This document shows positions 40,176 through 50,431 of a DNA stretch of 64,000 bases, piece by piece. The position numbers and the translations under genes were made by a program. How positions within the stretch are numbered: position 1 is the stretch's first letter; each line of letters begins with the position of its first letter. Source of the stretch: Thermodesulfobacteriota bacterium (GTDB taxonomy: Bacteria > Desulfobacterota > Desulfobacteria > Desulfobacterales > C00003060); the NCBI GenBank assembly GCA_034189385.1, contig JAXHVD010000006.1:1-64000 (forward strand), in the 5' to 3' direction. The notes beneath the pieces are model-generated. The model did not search any database. It saw only the letters and a list, made by a program, of their open reading frames with translations, and had not been told where the DNA came from.

Positions 40176-40628
40176 AAATCCCTCCGTAATGAAAATGTAG
40201 CCTGGCGAGTCTCCTTCGCCAGTTCATAATGGGGTTTTCACTTTGATCTCTTAAGGGTGCCTGGCAGCCCTCTTTTTGAAAGAGCCTCTCCACACTGGTT
40301 GTCATGGTCACGAAGCGAACAAAAACAACCTGGGATGAAGTCGCAACGGGGCGTATCACAGCAGGATCTTATAGTCCAGGATATTCACCACAGCCCCTTT
40401 CATCATCCCTTCCTCTGGTCCCGTTAAGCCTCAAGGGGCCCACTGATCAGGTAAGATGGATCCACATGCCAGGATCGGCCCTTTTCAGCCCAGGGACCTT
40501 TGCCATGGCAGCCAACTGGAATCTGTTGACACAGGGGCGATTTTATGGCCTTTTAGGCAGCCATTGGGATACTGCTAAAAAGCGGATCGGCGCGATTTCG
40601 CCAGAAAAGGGATCGGGCCGAGGAAGGA

Positions 40629-40814
40629 GTGGTTGTGGGGTTTCTCAGCAAACTCCTTGGAGGGACTAATCCCCCCAAGGAGACGCCCAAACTGGGGCGA
40701 AATGACCTGTGTTGGTGTGGAAGTGGAAAGAAATACAAGAAATGCCATTTAGAGTCAGATCTGCGCAAGAAGCGCCATAGGGCCGGGGCCTCCAACTGCA
40801 CCGCCTCTTCTTGA
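40629..40814 (+). CDS. Small SEC-C motif protein
   Basis: [18 protein letters not shown]; start uncertain. Confidence 0.75.
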   Translation: MVVGFLSKLLGGTNPPKETPKLGRNDLCWCGSGKKYKKCHLESDLRKKRHRAGASNCTASS

Positions 40815-40989
40815 TCCATATAGAAAGGCGCCGTGAGCGCCTGTGTGTGCCGAAATGGAGTAAGACACTCCGTGAACAGCATCTCCAGAGGTCCTAGACG
40901 TGACGGGCCATGCCATGTCCAAGTATGGGAGAGACCACCGTCACTTTATCAAAAAATGAGAAAGAGAAGATAGGCAGGGTGAGCGTCCT

Positions 40990-41739
40990 ATGTCGGTGAA
41001 GGATGACTTTCTGGTTGACCTGGAAGAAGAGATCCTCTCAGAGGCAGCCCAGAACCTTTTTTCAAGACGGCTTCGACTTGAAAGAGAGATTGACGCCTTT
41101 TTGCAGGCAGCGGCCAACGTTCGGAAGCAAATGGACAAGACACTTACCGCGGCAAGTAAGCTGCATCAGGTGGTCATCGAACCGAAGAAGCTTTACACAG
41201 CATTGGGTATTGAACCAAAGGGGCTTTTAAAGGCACAGAGACCCAAAATGCCTTTGGTTCCACTGGAGGTCCCCTTTCGCCTTACCATGAAAGGACGTTA
41301 CCTGGCCCTTGTGGAGTCGTTGTATGCCAAGCTGGCAGCAGAGACAGAAAAATACAATCACGGAGAGCCTTACAGAAATCCTGAAACCGATTTGATGACG
41401 CGAACGGCCCATTACGAAGAATTGAGGAGATGGCATGAGGAGGTGAATAACCACATAGTCACAGAGAACAAAAATCGCCCAAGCTACTCGCTGCAGCTTG
41501 CCAAGGCGTTTCACACTGATTTGTGCCAGAAAGAGAAGACCCTGGAGCCCTGCACATGGAGCAGCAATGGCTGCGACCTTGACGAGAGGCTTGCATTTAA
41601 GGGCGTCCCTTTTTCGTGTACGGGTTTGGTTGAAATACCGGTGCTCCCACCGGCCCGTGATATAAGAACAAGGCTTCGCCGCTTCCTCGAAGAAATCTAT
41701 GACCGTCATTATGGAGAGATTTATCCGTTACTCGTCTGA
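40990..41739 (+). CDS. Hypothetical protein
   Basis: 249 aa ORF, helical character, converges on the DAHP synthase gene. Confidence 0.65.
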   Translation: MSVKDDFLVDLEEEILSEAAQNLFSRRLRLEREIDAFLQAAANVRKQMDKTLTAASKLHQVVIEPKKLYTALGIEPKGLLKAQRPKMPLVPLEVPFRLTMKGRYLALVESLYAKLAAETEKYNHGEPYRNPETDLMTRTAHYEELRRWHEEVNNHIVTENKNRPSYSLQLAKAFHTDLCQKEKTLEPCTWSSNGCDLDERLAFKGVPFSCTGLVEIPVLPPARDIRTRLRRFLEEIYDRHYGEIYPLLV

Positions 41740-41801
41740 AGAGGTTAAGCACAGCATTTCTAAAAGCCATGGGTCCCTTTAGAGGACTCCTTCCCAGCCT
41801 C

Positions 41802-42809
41802 CTAGGGCTGAAAAACGTCGGAGATAGATCGAATCTGACGGCATAGCAGCTCAAACTGTTCAGGATAAAGGGACTGAGGGCCGTCACTCAAGGCCTCTTC
41901 AGGGGCGTGATGGACTTCGACCATGAGTCCATGGGCACCCACAGCCACAGATGCGCGACTTAAAGGGATGACCTGATCGCGACGTCCGGCTGCATGGCTC
42001 GGGTCCACAATGACAGGAAGATGGCTTTCCTTTAGGATGACAGAAACCGCAGAGAGGTCCAGGGTGTTCCGACTGTGATGGGCAAAGGTGCGAACCCCTC
42101 GTTCACAGAGAATCACCTGGGTGTTTCCCGCCTCCAGGATGTATTCCGCTGCCATAAGCCATTCCTCAATGGTAGCAGCCATACCACGCTTTAAGACAAC
42201 GGGCTTTGGGGATCGCCCAGCCCTTCGCAGAAGACTGTAGTTTTGCATATTCCTTGTTCCGATTTGAACGATGTCTGCGTATGCCTCCACCAGATCGAAA
42301 ACTTCATGATCCAGGGCCTCGGTCACCACGGGAAGCCCAGTCTCTTCCCTGACCTTTGCAAGGATCTGAAGCCCCTTTTCCCCGAGACCCTGAAAGGAAT
42401 AGGGCGATGTCCTCGGCTTGAATGCCCCACCTCTAAAAATCTGGCCGCCCGCCTTTTTGACCAGCCGCGCGATGGTCAAGGCCTGCTCCTCACTTTCTAC
42501 GGCGCAGGGTCCTGCAACAAGGGTAAGGTATCCGTTTCCAATGGCCACGTCGCCAACTTTGATGACGGTCCCTTCAGGTTGGAATTCACGACTCACCAAT
42601 TTGTACGGCCGGGTGACAGGGATGGCGTCCTTGACGCCGGGCATGGCCAGAAAATAGGAAGGATCCATGGCCCCCTTATTGCGCAGTATCCCTATAGCAG
42701 TCCGTTCTCCGCCAGGAATAGGACGGGCCACGCACCCTTTGGCTTCAATGGCAGCGATGACCGCATCAATCTCCTCTTGCGTCGCATGTTGATTCATGAC
42801 TACGAGCAT
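41802..42809 (-). CDS. aroF: DAHP synthase type I-beta with N-terminal regulatory domain
   Basis: AGPCAVE, RGGAFKPRTSPYSFQG, RNMQN, LKRG, CERG, DPSH. Confidence 0.95.
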   Translation of the reverse strand: MLVVMNQHATQEEIDAVIAAIEAKGCVARPIPGGERTAIGILRNKGAMDPSYFLAMPGVKDAIPVTRPYKLVSREFQPEGTVIKVGDVAIGNGYLTLVAGPCAVESEEQALTIARLVKKAGGQIFRGGAFKPRTSPYSFQGLGEKGLQILAKVREETGLPVVTEALDHEVFDLVEAYADIVQIGTRNMQNYSLLRRAGRSPKPVVLKRGMAATIEEWLMAAEYILEAGNTQVILCERGVRTFAHHSRNTLDLSAVSVILKESHLPVIVDPSHAAGRRDQVIPLSRASVAVGAHGLMVEVHHAPEEALSDGPQSLYPEQFELLCRQIRSISDVFQP

Positions 42810-42887
42810 AGGTCTTTTCTCCTTGTCTTATCAGCCTTTTTGCTGGCACAAAAAAGGGTGTTGCTGACTTCGCCTACAGTCCCCTGC

Positions 42888-42925
42888 AAATAAAAAGGCC
42901 GCGCCCCTTTGGGGCCCGGCCTTTT
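42888..42925 (-). terminator. Attenuator terminator upstream of aroF
   Basis: AAAAGGCCGGGCCCC-AAA-GGGGCGCGGCCUUUUUAUUU. Confidence 0.8.
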
Positions 42926-42959
42926 GATGCTTACTGTAAAATCGTCAGACGCCCTTGGC

Positions 42960-43010
42960 TCACTCCCGGGAAATAGTGTTCCTCCACCAGCACCAGAAAC
43001 GCCATTGCAT
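42960..43010 (-). CDS. Trp-rich leader peptide MQWRFWCWWRNTISRE
   Basis: 4 Trp codons in 16; AAGGA RBS; lies between the promoter and terminator upstream of aroF (alternative ATG at 43028). Confidence 0.75.
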   Translation of the reverse strand: MQWRFWCWWRNTISRE

Positions 43011-43056
43011 TGTTACCAATTCCTTCATGCCTAATTCCGCCAAATTCATAAGAAGA

Positions 43057-43085
43057 ACCATACAGGAGGACCGTTGCCTTGTCAA
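43057..43085 (-). promoter_or_regulatory. Sigma70 promoter of the leader/aroF transcript
   Basis: TTGACA-17 nt-TATGGT. Confidence 0.65.
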
Positions 43086-43152
43086 GACATGTTCAAATGG
43101 ACACATTAAGACCTTTCCACGACCCTTGGCAGCGGCTTGATGCCGGAGCAGA

Positions 43153-44487
43153 TTAGGCTTTGCTCTGGTTTGAAAAAGGAGTGGACAGGCATTGGCCCAT
43201 GACGATGCTACCATCGACGCTGGTGAGCCTCACTGGAACCAATTGATGGAACAGGTGGTCACCCCCTTCTACATGGACGGGGATGTAGTTGCCTGTAAAA
43301 CCCTTGAGGCACCCCGTGGACCTGTCCCGCTTTGCCTCAATCAAGACCTCCTGGGTGGTACCGATGAATCTGTCGTAGAAGGCCATGCGCTTTGCCTGTC
43401 CCATGTCACGCAGTTGCCGGCATCGGTTCTTTATCGTTTCCGGCGACACCCGATCTCTCAGGCCCTCAGCCCGTGTCCCCACCTGAGGAGAAAAGGGAAA
43501 CACATGAAGATAGGCCAAAGGGAGTTCTTCAATCAAACGGCAGGTGTTGTCAAAGGCCTTTTCCGTCTCACCTGGAAACCCTACCAGGACATCGGCCCCT
43601 ATGGCCACGTCAGGCAACACCTGGGCAAGGTGAAGAATCAAGTCCCGATACAACTTCGCCCCATAAGGTCGGCGCATCCGCTTGAGCACCTCGTCGTCTC
43701 CACTCTGGAGCGGTATATGGAGGTGGTGACAGAGGTGCTCAGAGATAGCCATCTGGTCAATGATCCCTTCTGATACTTCTCCAGGTTCAATGGAACTGAT
43801 GCGCAATCGTTGGACCCCTTGGGGTCCCTCTAGAAAACGCAAAAGGTCTGCGAGTGAAGATGCCGGCGTGAGATCTTGACCATACTGTCCAACATGAATC
43901 CCGCACAGCACCACCTCAGAGTACCCTGACGCCTGAAGGGCTCCTATCCTCTCAACGACTAACTCGGGCTTCAGGGAACGGCTCCGGCCCCGTGCATAGG
44001 GAATGATGCAATACGAGCAGAAGCTGTTACAACCGTCTTGGATCTTGAGAAACGGACGGGTGCGATCTCCAAACCTCGTCAGGGGAAGGTCCTGAAAAGG
44101 ACGGGGACTTGAAAGATCTTCCACAAGAGGTGTGGGCGCTAAAGCGTATGTGGCGGAATCGGCAAGCAGTGGGATCCGGTCTTTAAGGGATGTGCCCACC
44201 ACATAGTGGACGCCCGCCATGGAAAGGAAAACCTCTGGAGCCACCTGGGCATAGCACCCGGTCACCACCACGAGGGCCCCGGGATGATCCCGAATAAGCC
44301 TTCTTGTGGCCTGTCTCGACTGGGTCCCTGCCTTTCCGGTCACCGTGCATGTGTTCACAATGCAAAGATCTGCCGCAGCACCTTTGCTTGCAAGATGCCA
44401 TCCCCGGTCTATGAGCTGCTCTGAAATCGCTTCCGATTCATAGCGGTTGACCTTACATCCCAACGTGGTGACAACAAACGACTTCAT
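43153..44487 (-). CDS. mtaB: tRNA t6A37 methylthiotransferase
   Basis: TLGCKVN.YES, NTCTVT, TGCYAQ, QDGCNSFCSYC; TRAM-like C-terminus. Confidence 0.95.
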   Translation of the reverse strand: MKSFVVTTLGCKVNRYESEAISEQLIDRGWHLASKGAAADLCIVNTCTVTGKAGTQSRQATRRLIRDHPGALVVVTGCYAQVAPEVFLSMAGVHYVVGTSLKDRIPLLADSATYALAPTPLVEDLSSPRPFQDLPLTRFGDRTRPFLKIQDGCNSFCSYCIIPYARGRSRSLKPELVVERIGALQASGYSEVVLCGIHVGQYGQDLTPASSLADLLRFLEGPQGVQRLRISSIEPGEVSEGIIDQMAISEHLCHHLHIPLQSGDDEVLKRMRRPYGAKLYRDLILHLAQVLPDVAIGADVLVGFPGETEKAFDNTCRLIEELPLAYLHVFPFSPQVGTRAEGLRDRVSPETIKNRCRQLRDMGQAKRMAFYDRFIGTTQEVLIEAKRDRSTGCLKGFTGNYIPVHVEGGDHLFHQLVPVRLTSVDGSIVMGQCLSTPFSNQSKA

Positions 44488-44505
44488 GTGCCATGAGCCA
44501 AGTGC

Positions 44506-45603
44506 TCAGCCCCTTTCCCTGTCCTTGGCGCTGCCAGTGTCGATCCAGCCGCCACCCAGAACCCGTTCTCCTTGATAAAAAACAGCCGCCTGGCCGGGCG
44601 TAATGGCAAACTGGGGTTTGGAAAAAACAACCTTGGCCCTGTAACTGTCAAGGGGCGTCATGACCGACGCTGCCTGTCGGTGGCGGTATCGGATACGGGT
44701 ATGAACGGACATAGGCTCGTCTGGGACCCTTCCATTGATCCAGTTGATATCCACGACGACACACGCCTTGCGGGCCAGCTCGGATTCAGTGCCAACGATC
44801 AGACGGTTTTGTTCGTTGTCGAGTCGAACCACATAATAGGGTTCTGGCCCAGGGATGCCGATCCCCCTGCGCTGCCCTATAGTGTAAGCATGGAGCCCCT
44901 GGTGAGTTCCCAGCACATCGCCCTGGGAATTGACGATGGCCCCTGGCTTGCGCACAAATCCCGCCAGGTTACAGAGGAATGCCTGATAGCTTGGCTGCCG
45001 GATGAAGCACAGCTCTTGGCTTTCTCCTTCCACAAAGGCCGTCAAGCCTTGGACCCTGGCCATTTCCCTGACTTGGTCTTTTGTGTAGGAACCCAAAGGG
45101 AGGATGGCTTCACTGAGCTGCCTTTGGGTAAGGCGGGCAAGGAAGTAGGACTGGTCTTTTCCATGATCCATGCCCCTTAGGAGGGAAAGTTCGCCTCCCT
45201 CTTCCCGGCCTATCCTGGCGTAGTGGCCTGTAACAAGGGCTGAAGCACCAAGGGCTTTGGCATGTTCTAGGACAAAGCCAAACTTGATACGCTCATTGCA
45301 CACCACACAAGGGTTTGGCGTCTGCCCTGACCGGTAAGTGTCGACAAAATAGTCCACCACCTCTCTCCTGAAAGGCTGGCGACAATCCAGTACTTCAAGA
45401 GGGATGCCGATCTGATGGGCAGCCCTTTGGGCCTTGGCTTGGACAAGGGCTGGTGGCCTGGGCGGAAAAGGAGCTTCGAAGGGACCTTCATAACCGGTTA
45501 GGAAATGAACACCAATCACTTTGTAGCCTTGCTCTTTGAGCAGGGCGGCTGCAATGGCGGAGTCAAGGCCGCCGCTCAAGGCAACGGCCACGGTCTTCTT
45601 CAT
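44506..45603 (-). CDS. mnmA: tRNA 2-thiouridylase
   Basis: SGGLDS, TPNPCVVCN, TGHYA, KDQSYFL, ESQELCF, TIGQRRG, PGQ. Confidence 0.95.
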   Translation of the reverse strand: MKKTVAVALSGGLDSAIAAALLKEQGYKVIGVHFLTGYEGPFEAPFPPRPPALVQAKAQRAAHQIGIPLEVLDCRQPFRREVVDYFVDTYRSGQTPNPCVVCNERIKFGFVLEHAKALGASALVTGHYARIGREEGGELSLLRGMDHGKDQSYFLARLTQRQLSEAILPLGSYTKDQVREMARVQGLTAFVEGESQELCFIRQPSYQAFLCNLAGFVRKPGAIVNSQGDVLGTHQGLHAYTIGQRRGIGIPGPEPYYVVRLDNEQNRLIVGTESELARKACVVVDINWINGRVPDEPMSVHTRIRYRHRQAASVMTPLDSYRAKVVFSKPQFAITPGQAAVFYQGERVLGGGWIDTGSAKDRERG

Positions 45604-46034
45604 GCTGGCAGCGGGCTTCCTACGGTGTGAATCTCCATTGCCCTGGGCGGGCAGGCAGGCACACAGAGCCCGCATACACTGCATTTTCTCTTGTTGAACT
45701 GAACGCTCATTTCGGGTCGCTTGATCCACAAGGCCCCTGTGGGACACACTGCCGTGCAGGCACCGCAGTGCGTGCACTTTGTCCTGTTGCGGTCGACCTT
45801 CTGGCCCACTGGATGGACCTGTACGCCGCACCCCTTCAGGTATTTAACGCCTTTGTTGTAATCTTTCCTGGTCCCGGACAGCTCCAAGACCATCACGCCC
45901 TCCTTGCGGGGCAATATGGCGGCCTTTAAGATATTGAACTTCAGGTTGTAGTCCTTGGCCAGGAAACACACGATAGGCTTTTCCACTTCTGTCTTTGGGA
46001 ACTGGAGCACAAGCATTCTAGAATACATCTTCAC
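45600..46034 (-). CDS. NIL-domain ferredoxin (2x[4Fe-4S])
   Basis: NIL domain (FNILKA) plus CTHCGACTAVCP and CSVCGLCVPACP; ATGA overlap with mnmA. Confidence 0.9.
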   Translation of the reverse strand: MKMYSRMLVLQFPKTEVEKPIVCFLAKDYNLKFNILKAAILPRKEGVMVLELSGTRKDYNKGVKYLKGCGVQVHPVGQKVDRNRTKCTHCGACTAVCPTGALWIKRPEMSVQFNKRKCSVCGLCVPACPPRAMEIHTVGSPLPA

Positions 46035-46314
46035 ACCTCACATTCATATCAAAGCAGTCACAGCACCTGCGGCCTGTTTCTCACTAAAACAGAACCATCC
46101 AGCTTTGTCAACGGGCGCCTCTGGGCTTAATGTGGGCGCCAAGGGCCCTTCAGTCATCTCGCCCTTCATGATCAAGGCCCAGAGAAGGCCTCAGCAGGGC
46201 ACTCTCGGGTCTATTGTCTCGGTCATGGGAACATCCATTTCCCTGCTGGAGGACACCCAGTCATCTGGCGCCTTTTCAGGACGCACGGCCAAGGGCCGGG
46301 GTTCACTCAGGCAA

Positions 46315-46935
46315 TTACTCGTGGAATGAGTGCCTATAGACGTGAAACATCCTCTGCAAGGCAGTAAAATTGGCCAGAAAGGCAAGGACCACCAGACCGA
46401 TGAGGAGCTGCTCCGTGAGAAGTGTAAAGGTTAGCACGATGAAGCGTTCCAATCGCGTAAAAACCCCCACCCTGCATGAAATCTTCAGTGCACCCGCTCT
46501 AGCACGGGCGTAACTTACCATCAACGAGCCAAACATGGTCAAAAAGCACAGCAGTACGATGATGTGTTCACCACGGAAAGTGGCCCACCACACGATGCCG
46601 AACAAGACGGCTGCATCAGAATATCGATCCAGAAAGGAGTCGAGAAAGGCTCCAAACCTCGACTCACGGCCTGTTGTCCGGGCCAGGGCCCCGTCTAGGG
46701 CATCAAAAGGACCGGACAGAAGCCACAACCACCCACCGATAGAAACATAACCTGCTGCCACCACCGCACCAGCAGAAGCTGCGGCAAAAAAACCAATCAT
46801 GGAAAGGAGATTGGGCTGCACTCCTATCTTTGCCAATAGGCGGGAAAGAGGATTTAGTATGACCCCTGACCGCTCTTTGGCCCAAGCCGTAAGTGTCCAG
46901 TACTCACGGTGCGGCTTTGAGGCCACATGATCCAT
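46315..46935 (-). CDS. CDP-alcohol phosphatidyltransferase
   Basis: D..DG..AR......GA..D...DR..D signature; SY.RAR. Confidence 0.9.
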   Translation of the reverse strand: MDHVASKPHREYWTLTAWAKERSGVILNPLSRLLAKIGVQPNLLSMIGFFAAASAGAVVAAGYVSIGGWLWLLSGPFDALDGALARTTGRESRFGAFLDSFLDRYSDAAVLFGIVWWATFRGEHIIVLLCFLTMFGSLMVSYARARAGALKISCRVGVFTRLERFIVLTFTLLTEQLLIGLVVLAFLANFTALQRMFHVYRHSFHE

Positions 46936-47545
46936 CACTCTGTTTTTTGACCTGCCCAAACCACATCCCCTTGGTCATGCGCAGTAGACGCTTTCTGTAT
47001 GCCCAGCCCTCATCGTGAGCAGCAGGCCTCAAAGAAAAGGGCCTTCTCCAATTCATTTGGGATAAAGGGGTCAAGGATTCAGGATCACCCCATCTTTTTT
47101 GGAGATGATCCCCAAAAAGACTGCTCATTCTCATGGAGCTTCCAGGCGTTTTTACATGTGATGGCCTGTGGCGATTGTGACAGCAGGCCACCTTCCGCAT
47201 TTCGGGAAGCTGTCCAAGAATAGTTAACGTATTGGCATTTTTAGCACAAAATGGAAAAGACATCAACGGGCTGTTGCCCAAACCAAAAACCCTTTGAGCT
47301 GTTCATTGAAGTGTTTTCTTTCAATCCATCTTGGTGAGGCAGGAAACAGGTGATTTCAATTGGTTGATCTGCCGTGGCGGTGAGTCCTGGCAACGGTGGG
47401 CCCCTTTTCAAGCCGCCACACGCAACGGGCAACGCTCATCCCTGGAGGAGGCCTCAGACATCATAAAATGATTCAGAACAAAGCAACAGGGATTTGTCAT
47501 CGCCAAGATTGAATCCTCCCCGTGGCAAGCTCTTGACCGAGCGCC

Positions 47546-48358
47546 CTACCACAGGATGCCACGGACCGTCTCTGCCCACCCCCTGGGGCCCTGTTTTCCG
47601 GAATAGATGACGGGCCCCGGGGCCGGGACGTACTCCCACCTGCCCGGCTTCTTTCGGATCACAACAGGGATGTCCACACACAAAAGCATAGGGATATCGT
47701 TGGCACTATCTCCCAACCCCACTGTCTGAAGCCGTGCGTCGGGATCTGTCTCCTCGTAAAGCCTCTTTAGAATCTGGACTGCCTTTCCCTTGTCATTCTG
47801 GCCTATGATGTGGTAAAAACGGCCTCCCCTAGTAACCCTCAGCCCCTCTTCCTGTAAGCCCCCTTCAAGGAGTCTCATGCGATCGGGTGTGTCAGAAAAG
47901 ACAAATGGTTCTGTGTACTCACGCATGGCGGCTAGCCGTGCTTCTTCAAGGGGAAGCGCAGTAAGGGCACCAATCTCCTGGAGGGTCATTTCCGAAAATC
48001 CTCTCATACGCAAGTCATTCGTATTCTTGATTCTATCCCAGGCATCACAGATCACAGCGTAAGGTGTTCCCAACTCCACCACCTGATAGGGTCCCTTGTC
48101 AACAAAGCCTTGGCTCTTCATGTTCAGCATCCCGCGGGGGACAAAGATGGCTGCGCCGTTCTCTACAACAAAGGGCGCCTTGAGACCCATCCTTTGTTGA
48201 CATGTTTCTATTTCAGCCCGTGTCTTGCTACTGCAAATGATCACCGGAATAGATCTCTTGTTGAGACCCTCCAAAATATCTCGTGCATCCTCAAAGGCGT
48301 AGGTGTCATGATCCATGAGGGTACCGTCCAGGTCGGTGAAAACGATGGTCTTTTTCAT
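47546..48358 (-). CDS. Mannosyl/glucosyl-3-phosphoglycerate phosphatase (HAD IIB)
   Basis: TDLDGTL, SSKT.AE, ENG, RE..EP, GGRF.H, GDSAND. Confidence 0.9.
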   Translation of the reverse strand: MKKTIVFTDLDGTLMDHDTYAFEDARDILEGLNKRSIPVIICSSKTRAEIETCQQRMGLKAPFVVENGAAIFVPRGMLNMKSQGFVDKGPYQVVELGTPYAVICDAWDRIKNTNDLRMRGFSEMTLQEIGALTALPLEEARLAAMREYTEPFVFSDTPDRMRLLEGGLQEEGLRVTRGGRFYHIIGQNDKGKAVQILKRLYEETDPDARLQTVGLGDSANDIPMLLCVDIPVVIRKKPGRWEYVPAPGPVIYSGKQGPRGWAETVRGILW

Positions 48359-48629
48359 GTTCCTACGAGCGGTGTGGCACAAACAAGTCTAGTTTCCATC
48401 CAAGACCTTTGCGCAACCCCTTCTGAATTGGAAACTGACGCAAGCCCCACCTCTTTCTTGGGCGTTCGTGGATGGGCACCAGCCCAATGCCTATGGCCGA
48501 CAATTTTTGCAGGGAGACGTTGACCTATGCCCTTATATATAATATACATATATATCTGAGAACACCATGGTTTTTTGATCTCCAGGGCGCCCTTCTGCCG
48601 GAAAGGGACCCGAGGCAACTAGGGGGAGG

Positions 48630-49850
48630 ATGATGGACCTAATAGAAAATCCGCACGATGTTCAAGCCGCTGACCTCATTGTGGGCATACCCTCGTACAA
48701 CGAAGCTAGTCTCATCTCTTATCCTACCCAGAAGGCCAGTGAGGGCCTCATCAAATACTTCGGGAACAAGAACAGCGTCATCATCAACTGTGACAATAAT
48801 TCACCCGACGGCACCCGTGAGGCCTTCATGAACACAAAGACAGAAGTGCCGAAAATCTACCTGTCAACACCGCCGGGCGTGAGAGGAAAGGGCAACAATT
48901 TCAAGAATCTGTTCAAAACGATTTGTGACCTGAGAGCCCAGGCCGTGATTGTCGTAGATGCAGATCTCAAGAGCATCACCCCTCGCTGGATCAAGAACCT
49001 TGGCGAACCGCTATTCGAGGACTTCGGCTTTGTGGCGCCCCTTTACGTACGACACAAGTTTGACGGTACCATCACCAACAACATTGCCTATCCCATGACC
49101 CGATGTGTTTACGGCCGCAGGGTGCGCCAGCCCATCGGGGGTGACTTTGGATTCTCAGGTAAACTGGCTGAAGTGTATCTCCGGCAGGGGGACTGGACCC
49201 CAGCAGTAGAGGAATTTGGCATCGACATCTGGATGACCACCACGGCCATGTGTCACGGCATGCCCATTTGTCAGTCCTATATGGGCCGGCCCAAAGTCCA
49301 CAAGCCCAAAGACCCTGGGGAGTCCTTGGGCCCTATGTTCACACAGGTGGTAGGAACGATCTTTGATATGATGATCAAACACGCCGATTTCTGGAAGGAC
49401 GTCCGGTGGAGCAAGCCTACGGCCATATTTGGCTTCGGATTGGGGGAGATGGAAATGCCTCCGCCGGTGGACGTGGATATTCGGCGACTCTATGATAAAT
49501 TTCAGACAGGCTTTGGCGTTCATGAGGCCCTCCTGAAGGAAACCCTTTCAGCCAATCTTATGAAGAAGCTCTCAGAGGTGAAAGAACATCCTTTAGACGG
49601 TTTTGAATTCCCGGGCAACTTGTGGGCTGAAATACTGGTCGATTTTGCAGTGACTTATAGAAACTTGGCAAAGAACAAGGGAAAACTCATGGAGGCCCTC
49701 ATCCCCCTCTATTTTGGCCGGACCTGTTCCTTTGTGATTGAGTCAGAGCCCATGACGATCCAACAGGCGGAAGACCTCATAGAAGACCAGTGTGGTGTGT
49801 TTGAAACCAGCAAGTCTTACTTGCTGAAGAGATGGTTTGATACAGAATAA
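48630..49850 (+). CDS. GT-A glycosyltransferase (mannosyl/glucosylglycerate-synthase-like)
   Basis: GIPSYNE, GKG, DADL, P.Y.RH..DG.ITN, RQPIGGDF, FGIDIW, K.H. Confidence 0.8.
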   Translation: MMDLIENPHDVQAADLIVGIPSYNEASLISYPTQKASEGLIKYFGNKNSVIINCDNNSPDGTREAFMNTKTEVPKIYLSTPPGVRGKGNNFKNLFKTICDLRAQAVIVVDADLKSITPRWIKNLGEPLFEDFGFVAPLYVRHKFDGTITNNIAYPMTRCVYGRRVRQPIGGDFGFSGKLAEVYLRQGDWTPAVEEFGIDIWMTTTAMCHGMPICQSYMGRPKVHKPKDPGESLGPMFTQVVGTIFDMMIKHADFWKDVRWSKPTAIFGFGLGEMEMPPPVDVDIRRLYDKFQTGFGVHEALLKETLSANLMKKLSEVKEHPLDGFEFPGNLWAEILVDFAVTYRNLAKNKGKLMEALIPLYFGRTCSFVIESEPMTIQQAEDLIEDQCGVFETSKSYLLKRWFDTE

Positions 49851-49883
49851 GGCTTGGCACCCATAAGTGGCAATGGAGGTCCT

Positions 49884-50270
49884 ATGAAAAAAATTCTTAT
49901 TGTAGATGATGAAGAAGTTATCCGTATGCTCTATGCCGAGGAGTTGGAGGAGGAAGGGTATAAGGTGATAACAGCAGGAAGTGGTCACGGCCTGATCGCA
50001 ATGATCGACAACGAGAAGCCAGACCTTGTGATACTGGATATCAAGATGGCCGAGCATGACGGGTTAGATCTGCTCCAGGACGTCAGGAGGGAATTCTACA
50101 ACATTCCCGTGATACTTTGCTCGGCCTATTCCTCCTTTAAGGGCGACCTGAAGTCTATTGCAGCAGACTACTATGTCGTAAAGAGCGCCGATCTGAGCGA
50201 GCTGAAGCAAAAGATCAAGATGGCCCTGGAAGGACAAATGCCAGCCCCCTATTCTCCTAAGGAGGTATAG
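49884..50270 (+). CDS. Single-domain response regulator
   Basis: ILIVDDE, LDIKM...DG, CSAY, K. Confidence 0.9.
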   Translation: MKKILIVDDEEVIRMLYAEELEEEGYKVITAGSGHGLIAMIDNEKPDLVILDIKMAEHDGLDLLQDVRREFYNIPVILCSAYSSFKGDLKSIAADYYVVKSADLSELKQKIKMALEGQMPAPYSPKEV

Positions 50271-50431
50271 GGCCTGCTGCTTCTCTTAGGGCTTATCTTT
50301 CACATAAGATCGATCTGTTTCTTTTGATTTAGGAAAGACCTAAGAAAGGGCAATGGGGCTTGATGGGTAGCTACATGTTTCAGAAACGGAGGGTTTTAAG
50401 ATCACTACGTCGTGAGGAATTGGACTCCTGA

